From NCBI GenBank assembly GCA_023251095.1, contig JAHEZL010000001.1:260278-324277 (forward strand): a DNA stretch of 64,000 nt, in the 5' to 3' direction. Source of the stretch: Flavobacteriales bacterium. Lineage in GTDB: Bacteria > Bacteroidota > Bacteroidia > Flavobacteriales_C > GCA-002722245. Shown one piece after another: positions 37,641 through 46,173 of this stretch. How positions within the stretch are numbered: position 1 is the stretch's first letter; each line of letters begins with the position of its first letter. The notes beneath the pieces are model-generated. The model saw only the letters and a list, made by a program, of their open reading frames with translations, was not told the origin of the DNA and ran no database searches. A program made the translations under genes and the position numbers.

Positions 37641-39518
37641 ATGAATTCACAAACCTCCTTATTACATCTGTTTATTTTACTGCCCTTATTGGGTTGTTTA
37701 ATAACATTGATGGTATCCGGGAAAAAAGAAAAAACAATTTCAAGGATTGCTTTTTTTATTACCGGTTCACAATTGCTAAGTGCTTTAGCCTTTGTCATCT
37801 ATTGGTTCATCAATGATCATCAAACACTCAACATTAAAGACATCGTGTTGTATAAAACTTCTGATTATGAATTTTATATTGATCTGTGTTTTGATAAAAT
37901 CACTGCCGTTTATTTACTGGTAGGCGCCTTTTTAACTTTTCTGGTAACTACGTATTGTAGGGACTACCTCCATCGTGAAAGCGGCTACAAACGTTTCTTT
38001 CTAACCGTTTTGTTCTTTTTCATGGGATACAACATCACCATCCTTTCGGGAAATTTTGAAACGCTTTTTATCGGCTGGGAAATTTTAGGTATTTCTTCTT
38101 TTCTGTTGATTGCCTTTTACAGAGACCGTTATTTGCCGGTAAAAAATGCCTACAAAGTTTTTTCAATTTACAGAATCGCTGATGTTGGTTTACTACTGGC
38201 GATGTGGATGAGTCATCATTTGTTTCATGAAAATATTACTTTCTTAAAACTCAGCAATGACGCCATTGTGAGTCATCATCTTGAAACACATAGTTTTATT
38301 GGTATTTTCATTTCATTGATGATTTTAGTGTCGGCAGCAGCTAAATCGGCGCAGCTTCCGTTTTCTTCCTGGTTGCCAAGAGCCATGGAAGGCCCTACTC
38401 CATCCAGCGCCATTTTTTACGGATCGCTTTCGGTGCACATCGGGGTATATATTTTATTACGCACTTTCCCTTTTTGGGAACACCAGATTTCGGTGCGTGT
38501 GCTGATTGGAATACTCGGACTTTCCACAAGCATTATCGCTACATTGATTGCCCGCGTTCAGTCCTCTGTAAAAAGTCAGATCGCCTATTCTTCCATCGCT
38601 CAAATCGGTTTGATTTTTATTGAAGTCGCCTGCGGTTTTGAAAATTTAGCCTTGATACATTTCGCGGGAAATGCTTTTTTAAGAACCTATCAGTTATTGG
38701 TTTCTCCTTCTGTGGTGAGTTATCTGATACGCGAACAATTCTACAATTTTGTTCCCCGCCAAAATACAATTGAAGATTCTCTTCCAAAAAAACTGGAGAA
38801 CTCCATTTATTTATTGTCATTGAAGGAATTCAATCTGGATTTCCTCATATATAAATTCGTGTGGAATCCTATGCATGCTGTAGGAAACCGTTTAAAATTC
38901 ATCAACGTGAAGCAATTGCTGATATTTTTTATTCCGGCTTACCTCATCGGACTATTTTTTCTGTACAATGAAAACTCTATTCCGGAACAGATTCACGGTT
39001 ATTTCCCCATCTTTTTTTCGTTGATGGGATTGATGCTGGTACTTAAATCTTTTACAGAAAGGAACAATGTGCAAATGGCGTGGTTACTGATTATTCTCAA
39101 TCATTTCTGGATAGCGCTGGCCGTTTCATTTAACGAACATTTTTCGCCCAACGAAACGCTGTTTTATTTGAGCGGAATTGTTGGTGCAGGAATATTAGGG
39201 ATTGTTTGTTTGCGCAAATTAATTGCTGTAGAAAGCAATGTCAATTTAGATAAACACCATGGCCATTCCTACGAACACCCGAAATTTGCTTTTGTGTTTT
39301 TATTGGCATGCTTAGGATTAACGGGCTTTCCTATCACTCCTACTTTTATCGGTGAAGATTTAATTTTCAGTCACATTCATGAAGATCAGTTTTTGCTGGC
39401 GCTCATTACTTGCTTGAGTTTTATTACTGATGGATTGGCGGTGGTGAGAATTTACTCGAGGGTTTTCCTTGGACCGCATGTGAAGACTTATCATGAAACA
39501 CCTTATAAATCTTCGTAA
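37641..39518 (+). CDS. dabB: DabB, NuoL/MnhA-like proton-conducting membrane subunit
   Basis: Polytopic, with the motif WLPRAMEGPTPSSAIFYGSLSVHIG typical of NuoL/M/N-Mrp antiporter-like subunits. It starts 11 nt after dabA. Confidence 0.85.
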   Translation: MNSQTSLLHLFILLPLLGCLITLMVSGKKEKTISRIAFFITGSQLLSALAFVIYWFINDHQTLNIKDIVLYKTSDYEFYIDLCFDKITAVYLLVGAFLTFLVTTYCRDYLHRESGYKRFFLTVLFFFMGYNITILSGNFETLFIGWEILGISSFLLIAFYRDRYLPVKNAYKVFSIYRIADVGLLLAMWMSHHLFHENITFLKLSNDAIVSHHLETHSFIGIFISLMILVSAAAKSAQLPFSSWLPRAMEGPTPSSAIFYGSLSVHIGVYILLRTFPFWEHQISVRVLIGILGLSTSIIATLIARVQSSVKSQIAYSSIAQIGLIFIEVACGFENLALIHFAGNAFLRTYQLLVSPSVVSYLIREQFYNFVPRQNTIEDSLPKKLENSIYLLSLKEFNLDFLIYKFVWNPMHAVGNRLKFINVKQLLIFFIPAYLIGLFFLYNENSIPEQIHGYFPIFFSLMGLMLVLKSFTERNNVQMAWLLIILNHFWIALAVSFNEHFSPNETLFYLSGIVGAGILGIVCLRKLIAVESNVNLDKHHGHSYEHPKFAFVFLLACLGLTGFPITPTFIGEDLIFSHIHEDQFLLALITCLSFITDGLAVVRIYSRVFLGPHVKTYHETPYKSS

Positions 39519-39530
39519 ACCCTGTACACA

Positions 39531-39611
39531 CGTCATTGCGAAAATTTTTGTACCCAAAAATTAAAGCAATCCCATCATAATGAGATTGCTTCGGAGTACC
39601 TCGCAATGACG
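39531..39611. repeat. REP/MITE-like structured palindromic element (outer 11-bp stem enclosing two hairpins)
   Basis: The outer stem is CGTCATTGCGA (39531-39541) paired with TCGCAATGACG (39601-39611). The inner hairpins are AATTTTTG/CAAAAATT (39543-39562) and AAGCAATC/GATTGCTT (39564-39591). Confidence 0.8.
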
Positions 39612-39625
39612 AGAGTAAGAGTAAC

Positions 39626-39657
39626 AAAAAAGTCCCGGAAAATTCCGGGACTTTTTT
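39626..39657. terminator. Bidirectional intrinsic terminator between dabB and the convergent cyclophilin gene
   Basis: An A6 run precedes stem GTCCCGG (39632-39638) paired with CCGGGAC (39645-39651), followed by a T6 run. Confidence 0.8.
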
Positions 39658-39678
39658 ATTTTATATCATCTGATCTTT

Positions 39679-40125
39679 CTACTCTTCAGTAATCACAACT
39701 TTTTCAATTACATCACCTTGTTCAATCAAATCGATCACATCCAAACCTTCGTAAACTTTACCGAAGCACGTATGATTTCTATCTAAGTGAGCTGTATTTC
39801 TTCTGCTGTGGCAGATGAAGAATTGAGAACCACCGGTGTTTCTTCCGGCGTGAGCCATTGACAAAACGCCTCTGTCGTGGAATTGATTTCCACCATCCAA
39901 TTCGCATTTGATAGTATAGCCGGGGCCGCCTGCACCTGTTCCATTCGGACAACCTCCTTGTATTACGAAATCAGGAATTACGCGGTGAAAAGTAATACCG
40001 TCATAAAATCCGCTTTTCGATAATTTCACGAAATTGGCTACTGCCAGCGGAGCATCAGCTTCGTAAAATTTTACTTTCATTAATCCTTTTTCTGTGTGAA
40101 TTTCTGCAATCATGATTTTTAACAT
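39679..40125 (-). CDS. Peptidyl-prolyl cis-trans isomerase, cyclophilin type
   Basis: Has [13 protein letters not shown] and [16 protein letters not shown] motifs. The alternative start is the ATG at 40113. Confidence 0.9.
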   Translation of the reverse strand: MLKIMIAEIHTEKGLMKVKFYEADAPLAVANFVKLSKSGFYDGITFHRVIPDFVIQGGCPNGTGAGGPGYTIKCELDGGNQFHDRGVLSMAHAGRNTGGSQFFICHSRRNTAHLDRNHTCFGKVYEGLDVIDLIEQGDVIEKVVITEE

Positions 40126-40130
40126 TTAGT

Positions 40131-40967
40131 TTATAATCTTATTTCAATTTCCAAAAGCGTTGATGCACCGTTATCATTGTCGCAAATTGCTTTCAACTCA
40201 ATGCTCTTTCCTTTTTTTTGAACGACGCAAAGTCCTTCAATTTTTTCCGAATCAGTCACACGAACACAATCAACAACTTCATTGGAATTTTCACAAAGAT
40301 GTATCAATCCGATAAAACTACCTAATATTTCACCATCGTTTATCCAGTCGGAAGTTTTTTCCAAAGATGCCGAAAAAATCAAATCATCCTCCAGCACACA
40401 AGCGCCCGAAAATCCGGCAACGTAGCCATCAATAGTTGGTAAATGATATTTTACATTTTTAATTTCCAACAATTCTTCGCCATTTTCTACAAAGGCAAAA
40501 AACTCATTCAGCGAAATGGTGAATATGCTATTGTCGCCCCTATTCAATAACAAGAGTTGATCTTTATAAACAGCAGCGCCTTCAATATTAAAATCATCGG
40601 ATTTTAATTGAGTTTCATATTTCAATTCCTCATAAAATTCATGAAGAGAAAAACTTTTTATTGCTTCTGTTTTGATATTGACTTTAACCAACACATTTCT
40701 TGGCGCTAAAGATCCTGATCCGAAAAGCAAGATTTCATCACCAACATTCGCCATTGCCTCAAAATCGGGTTTAAGCGGCTTAGGAATTCTGGCTTCTTTT
40801 TCCCAATCGTAAATTTTTATTTTTTGGAGAATCTTGCCGTCCGTATCTGTTTTAAATAGAAATGACGCGTCATCTCCGCAGATAAATAAATTGCCATTGA
40901 TATATTCCATGGCCGATCCCGAAGAAATATCTTTTAATAAAATGCTTTTTTTCAGATGAAACTCCAT
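40131..40967 (-). CDS. Hypothetical protein (beta-rich, possibly propeller-like)
   Basis: Its ATG overlaps the pepD stop by 1 nt (TAATG). No signal peptide and no motif recognised. Confidence 0.55.
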   Translation of the reverse strand: MEFHLKKSILLKDISSGSAMEYINGNLFICGDDASFLFKTDTDGKILQKIKIYDWEKEARIPKPLKPDFEAMANVGDEILLFGSGSLAPRNVLVKVNIKTEAIKSFSLHEFYEELKYETQLKSDDFNIEGAAVYKDQLLLLNRGDNSIFTISLNEFFAFVENGEELLEIKNVKYHLPTIDGYVAGFSGACVLEDDLIFSASLEKTSDWINDGEILGSFIGLIHLCENSNEVVDCVRVTDSEKIEGLCVVQKKGKSIELKAICDNDNGASTLLEIEIRL

Positions 40968-42526
40968 TACTGAACAGGCACATTTTTCAGCATGTCCTGA
41001 AGGAAAGCCCAGAATTTCTGAACCGAAGCAATATCCACTTTCTCATCCGGCGAATGCGGATATTTAATGGTTGGTCCGAAAGAAATCATATCCAATCCCG
41101 GATAAGCTTTTCCAATGATACCACACTCCAATCCCGCATGAATAGCCATTACTTTAGGTTCTTCCTTGAATAAATTTTTATAATTTTTTTTAGCAACCAC
41201 CAAAATTGGTGAGCTCATATCAGGTTTCCATCCCGGATAACTTCCCTGAAATTTCACATCGGCGCCCATCAAAACAAAAGTAGCTCGAATGCTTCTGGCC
41301 AGTTCATCTTTGCCGGCTTCGCCATTACTTCTTGCTAAGCACTGGACAGAAATTTCACCTTTCGCCACGTTTACTTTGGCTAAATTATTTGAAGTTTCTA
41401 CTAAGCCGGGGATATCAATACTCATCGCCAATACATTGTTCGGACAAGCGTAAATGGCATTAATCAAATCATTTTGAGATTTCGCATTCATCACTGATGA
41501 CGGAACTTCTGCAGCTTCTGCGGTGATGCTCAATTTCTCTTCCATTCTGAATTCCGAGCGGATTTCTTTTTCAAAAACAGGAAGGTATTTTTTAAATGCT
41601 TCTTCATTTTTTGCAGGGACTAAAACCTTCACAAAAGATTCGCGGGGAATAGCGTTGCGCAAACTTCCACCTTCAATGGAAGCAATCTGAAGTTGAAATT
41701 TCTCGGCAGCATCAAACAACAAACGATTCATTATTTTATTGGCATTTCCTCTTCCCAAATGAATATCCACTCCTGAATGTCCGCCTTTCAAACCTTTTAC
41801 AATCAAAGTAAAAGCTTTGCTTCCCGCAGGAACAGCTTCCTCTTTGTATTTAGCACTCACATTTATTTCTATTCCTCCGGCACAACCCACACACAATTCA
41901 TTGTCTTCTTCAGAATCGAGATTCATTAAAATACTTCCTTTCAAAATTCCCGGTTTCAAATGAAAAGCACCGCTCATTCCGGTTTCTTCATCAACGGTAA
42001 TCAAAGCTTCCAATGGTCCGTGAGCAATAGTATCGCTTTGCATCACCGATAAAATTGCGGCTACGCCAATACCGTTATCAGAACCTAAAGTAGTTCCCTC
42101 CGCTTTCACCCAACCACTATCAATTCTACTGCGGATACCTTCTTTATCAAAATCAAATTTAACATCACTGTTTTTCTGATGCACCATATCCATATGCGCC
42201 TGAAGAATTACTGTTTTGCGATTTTCCATTCCTTTAGTCGCCGGTTTTTTCAAAATGATATTTCCAATAGAATCTTCAATGCATTCTATTTTATGTTTTT
42301 CGGCAAAGGCTTTCAGGAAAGCACGCACACGCTCTTCTTTCTTGGAAGGACGGGGAACTGCGTTTAAATCTTCAAAATTATTCCAGAGTATGGTGGGTTG
42401 TAAATTTCTGACTTCCTGCGACATTTTATTGTGTTTTTGTGAATGGCTAAAATAAGAATTCTTTTCAGTGGAATCTGAACAGGAATAAATGAAAAGTAAA
42501 AAAGAAAAATATAAACAGAGACGCAT
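40967..42526 (-). CDS. pepD: Aminoacyl-histidine dipeptidase (M20 family, PepD-like), possibly lipoprotein-anchored
   Basis: Has LQAHMDMV, GTTLGSDNGIGVA and VDEETGMSGA motifs. The ATG at 42526 gives MRLCLYFSFLLFIYSC. The alternative cytosolic start is the ATG at 42424 (MSQEVRNL). Confidence 0.85.
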   Translation of the reverse strand: MRLCLYFSFLLFIYSCSDSTEKNSYFSHSQKHNKMSQEVRNLQPTILWNNFEDLNAVPRPSKKEERVRAFLKAFAEKHKIECIEDSIGNIILKKPATKGMENRKTVILQAHMDMVHQKNSDVKFDFDKEGIRSRIDSGWVKAEGTTLGSDNGIGVAAILSVMQSDTIAHGPLEALITVDEETGMSGAFHLKPGILKGSILMNLDSEEDNELCVGCAGGIEINVSAKYKEEAVPAGSKAFTLIVKGLKGGHSGVDIHLGRGNANKIMNRLLFDAAEKFQLQIASIEGGSLRNAIPRESFVKVLVPAKNEEAFKKYLPVFEKEIRSEFRMEEKLSITAEAAEVPSSVMNAKSQNDLINAIYACPNNVLAMSIDIPGLVETSNNLAKVNVAKGEISVQCLARSNGEAGKDELARSIRATFVLMGADVKFQGSYPGWKPDMSSPILVVAKKNYKNLFKEEPKVMAIHAGLECGIIGKAYPGLDMISFGPTIKYPHSPDEKVDIASVQKFWAFLQDMLKNVPVQ

Positions 42527-42541
42527 ATCCGGCAAATATAA

Positions 42542-43411
42542 TTATTTACCTCCTTCGCAGCCATGCAAAGAGCAACATCCGTTCAAACAGGAAGTCATGG
42601 ACAAGCAGCGCTTATCCACCACCGTGGTTCCGATGCACTGAATTTCCTTTCGGCGCATTTGATTTTTTATATAATAGGAATTCGATCCTCCCATCCAAAA
42701 TGATGGATTCACCTGCGTTTCCAGTTCCTGCTCCAGATAATCGGGAAGCTGGTAAAAAAAATCTATTCCTGTTAAACGCTCAATAGAATCAACCGACACC
42801 GGATTTTTAACATAATCGTAACGCACATCAATGTTAGGCAAAACAAAACCTATCATTTGCATATCAATGCCGTTATGCACCAACAAAACTTTATAAAAAT
42901 AATCGGGAACGGGAATTTTATGCACTCCAATACTATCCTGCTTTTTCTTGAAAGCCGGTCCGGAAACCACATACATCGTATCAAAAATCAGCGACCAGCC
43001 CCTCACCATGTTTTCTAAAATACGCCAGTTTTCCTGATCAAAGGTGGGTTGCATCGGACAAATATTGGCGTAATAGTAAGCATCATGCATTTCATTGATA
43101 TCGGCACGGGCATCTCCCGACGGTTTTAATTGTCCGGGAGGATAAACCCTTTGGTGAAAATCTTCGGCGTTCAAAGATCCGGAGGGCAATTTAAGGTCAT
43201 TGTAAAACTGAACTTCGGGCAATGTTTTTTGGAGAATATCACTACCAATCAATTTATATGCTACCCATTTAGACTGCTTGTATTCTCTAGAATATTCAAA
43301 AGAATATCCGCTGTGATAATCAAAAGAAGAGGACATCGGCAACTCCAGCCTTTGAGAAAATGCGGGAGAAGTCAGTCCTAAAATCAAAATCAATACTTGT
43401 ATTTTTCTCAT
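42542..43411 (-). CDS. Secreted DNA/RNA non-specific endonuclease (Endonuclease_NS) homologue with a degenerate active-site motif and a Cys-rich C-terminal tail
   Basis: Has the signal peptide MRKIQVLILILGLTSPAFSQ. It retains NICPMQ....NWRILE (the N..PQ / W..LE elements), but PPGQ stands where DRGH is expected. The tail is CIGTTVVDKRCLSMTSCLNGCCSLHGC. Confidence 0.7.
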   Translation of the reverse strand: MRKIQVLILILGLTSPAFSQRLELPMSSSFDYHSGYSFEYSREYKQSKWVAYKLIGSDILQKTLPEVQFYNDLKLPSGSLNAEDFHQRVYPPGQLKPSGDARADINEMHDAYYYANICPMQPTFDQENWRILENMVRGWSLIFDTMYVVSGPAFKKKQDSIGVHKIPVPDYFYKVLLVHNGIDMQMIGFVLPNIDVRYDYVKNPVSVDSIERLTGIDFFYQLPDYLEQELETQVNPSFWMGGSNSYYIKNQMRRKEIQCIGTTVVDKRCLSMTSCLNGCCSLHGCEGGK

Positions 43412-43504
43412 ATTTCAAATCTTACGAAAGTTCTGGTGCTGAGTTATAAACACTCCCTCATGGATCAAAAATAATACCTTAATTTCGCGAACAGAAATTA
43501 TCAG

Positions 43505-44125
43505 ATGGAATTTAATTTCCCTTCAAAAGTATTGTTCAGAGCGATTGAAAGTTTCAACAGCTTACCCGGCGTTGGAAAGAAAACCGCCTTGCGCTATACT
43601 TTGAACCTACTCAAGATGGAGCCTGATGAAATCATGCGCTTTGCCGACAATATTAAAAGACTGGCTGTTGACATTCGTTTTTGTGAACAATGTCACAATA
43701 TTTCCGATCAGAAAATTTGCGACATCTGCAGCAACTCTTCCCGCAAGCAGGATGTCATTTGTGTGGTGCAGGATGTACGAGATGTACTGGCCATTGAAAA
43801 CACGCAACAATATAACGGATTGTATCACGTTTTAGGGGGTGTGATTTCACCGATAGACGGAATCGGACCTTCCGACCTCAACGTTGAAAGCCTTGAGGAA
43901 CGGGTGAAATCTCAAAATGTACAAGAAATAATATTAGCGCTCAGCACCACCATGGAAGGAGATACCACGAATTTTTATCTTTACAGAAAGTTAGGCAACT
44001 TTCCGGTACAGATTTCGACTATAGCAAGGGGTATGGGATTTGGTGATGAAATTGAATATACGGACGAGCTGACTTTAGGAAGATCAATCATAAATAGAAT
44101 TCCATATAAAGGGGGCAACAAATAA
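43505..44125 (+). CDS. recR: Recombination protein RecR
   Basis: Has the HhH region LPGVGKKTALR, the zinc finger CEQCHNISDQKICDIC and a Toprim domain. Confidence 0.95.
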   Translation: MEFNFPSKVLFRAIESFNSLPGVGKKTALRYTLNLLKMEPDEIMRFADNIKRLAVDIRFCEQCHNISDQKICDICSNSSRKQDVICVVQDVRDVLAIENTQQYNGLYHVLGGVISPIDGIGPSDLNVESLEERVKSQNVQEIILALSTTMEGDTTNFYLYRKLGNFPVQISTIARGMGFGDEIEYTDELTLGRSIINRIPYKGGNK

Positions 44126-44132
44126 AAAGAAT

Positions 44133-46103
44133 TTGAAACTAACGGTAGTTATAGTCAATTATAATGTTCAGCATTTCCTGGAGCAATGCTTGTATTCCGT
44201 TGAAAAGGCCATGAAAAAAACTTCGGGCGAAGTTTGGGTAGTCGACAATAACTCTGTGGACGGCTCGGTGAACATGGTGAAAAATAAGTTCCCCTGGGTA
44301 AAACTCGTAGAAAGTAAAATCAACTTAGGCTTTTCAAAAGGAAATAACCTCGCTATTAGTCAGGCTGCAGGCGACTATGTTTTACTCCTCAATCCCGATA
44401 CCCTAGTAGAAGAAGATACTTTTGAAAAAATAGTGCGCTTCATGGATGAACATCCCGACGCAGGCGGATTGGGTGTAAACATGGTGGACGGACAAGGCAA
44501 ATTTTTACCCGAATCAAAAAGAGGATTACCCACACCGGCAGTGGCTTTTTATAAAATTTTCGGACTGGCAAGCCTCTTCCCGAAATCAAAAATATTTGGA
44601 AAATACCACCTTGGCTTCCTCGATAAAAACAAAACCCATCAAATTGAAATTTTATCGGGAGCCTGCATGCTGCTCAGAAAAAGCGTGATTGATAAAATAG
44701 GAATGCTCGACGAAACCTTCTTTATGTACGGAGAAGACATCGACCTCTCCTACCGCATCATCAAGGCCGGTTATAAAAATTACTATTTTGCCGATACCCG
44801 CATCATCCACTACAAAGGGGAAAGCACCAAGAAAAGCAGCGTCAACTACGTATTTGTGTTTTACCGCGCAATGATCATTTTTGCAAAAAAACACTTCTCT
44901 CAAAAAAATGCTTCTACCTTTTCTTTTCTCATCAACCTCGCTATTTATTTAAGAGCAACCTTCGCTTTGGTACGCCGCCTGATTTCAGGAATATGGCTCC
45001 CACTACTGGATGCATCATTGATATACGCAGCCATGTACGGCATTAAAGAGTATTATGAAGTCAATGTAAAACATGAAATCAATTATTTCCCCGAAGCCTT
45101 TATGGTATGGGAAATTCCTGCGTTTATAGGCATTTGGATTTTGGCTACCTATCTTTCAAAAGGCTACCGCAGCCAACCCCGCCTGTCGAATCTTACCAAA
45201 GGAATTTTCTTCGGAACCCTTACTATTATATTGGTATATGGCTTGCTCCCTGAATCGCTGCGCTTTTCAAGGATCATGATTTTTGCCGGCTTTATTGTTA
45301 CGCTGCTGGTAATGCTTTTCAACCGACTCATCATTCACTTTATTCAATACCAGAATTTCGACATCTCCTTTCAAAGAAAAAAACGAATTGTTATTGCCGG
45401 AAATAAAGAAGAAGCGCGCAGAGTAGCCCGAATATTAAACCTTTCCTACATCAAACCTATCTACACCGGTATTGTTTCTCCCAATGAAGAAGGTAATACG
45501 GATGAAGAGTATATCGGCAATTTATCTCAGCTCGATGAAATCATTGAAATTCATAAAATCGACGAAATTATTTTTTGCGCGAAAGACATTTCTGCTCAGA
45601 AGATCATCGACTATATGACGATTTCTTCCTCCAATAAAGTGGATTTTAAAATCGCCCCTCCCGAAAGCTTATTCATTATAGGAAGCAGTTCCGTGAATTC
45701 ACCGGGGGAATTGTATGTCATCGATATCAACTCTATCAGCAAATCCATCAACCTTAAAAACAAAAGGCTTTTTGATATCATCACCTCTTCTATAGTATTG
45801 CTCATTTCTCCCGTTCTGGTTTTTCTGGTAGAAAAACCTTTCGGACTCCTGAAAAATGTTTTTGATGTACTCAAAGGAAATATCTCCTGGGTGGGCTATT
45901 GTAAAATAAATGATACTTATCAGGATCTTCCGAGTATTAAATCGGGGGTTTTAAATCCGGCCGACATCCTTAAAATCACTCCCACTAATTCCGATACCAT
46001 CAAGAGACTCAACATGATGTACGCTAAAGACTACAACATTTTTAATGATCTGGATATCGTGATAAAAGGCATGAAAAAACTGGATCGACTTCCTTTGCAT
46101 TAA
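44133..46103 (+). CDS. Family-2 glycosyltransferase fused to a multi-TM region and a truncated bacterial sugar-transferase-like C-terminus
   Basis: The TTG start gives MKLTVVIVNYN. The GT2 core has VVDNNSVDGS, LLLNPD and YGEDIDLSYR. The C-terminus has KRLFDIITSSIVLLISPVLVFLV and LKGNISWVGY but lacks the intervening catalytic segment. Confidence 0.8.
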   Translation: MKLTVVIVNYNVQHFLEQCLYSVEKAMKKTSGEVWVVDNNSVDGSVNMVKNKFPWVKLVESKINLGFSKGNNLAISQAAGDYVLLLNPDTLVEEDTFEKIVRFMDEHPDAGGLGVNMVDGQGKFLPESKRGLPTPAVAFYKIFGLASLFPKSKIFGKYHLGFLDKNKTHQIEILSGACMLLRKSVIDKIGMLDETFFMYGEDIDLSYRIIKAGYKNYYFADTRIIHYKGESTKKSSVNYVFVFYRAMIIFAKKHFSQKNASTFSFLINLAIYLRATFALVRRLISGIWLPLLDASLIYAAMYGIKEYYEVNVKHEINYFPEAFMVWEIPAFIGIWILATYLSKGYRSQPRLSNLTKGIFFGTLTIILVYGLLPESLRFSRIMIFAGFIVTLLVMLFNRLIIHFIQYQNFDISFQRKKRIVIAGNKEEARRVARILNLSYIKPIYTGIVSPNEEGNTDEEYIGNLSQLDEIIEIHKIDEIIFCAKDISAQKIIDYMTISSSNKVDFKIAPPESLFIIGSSSVNSPGELYVIDINSISKSINLKNKRLFDIITSSIVLLISPVLVFLVEKPFGLLKNVFDVLKGNISWVGYCKINDTYQDLPSIKSGVLNPADILKITPTNSDTIKRLNMMYAKDYNIFNDLDIVIKGMKKLDRLPLH

Positions 46104-46173
46104 GCCATTATCAAAAAGGCTTTTTCTTCCACTTATATTTCTTACTTTTGAAACGCTTGTAAGCAATTAATAA

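Noticed and set aside
39360-39627. Minus-strand ORFs of 65-67 aa covering the end of dabB and the palindromic element
   Set aside because: They overlap the dabB coding region and the REP-like element. Peptides such as SLRGTPKQSH are translation artefacts of the repeat.
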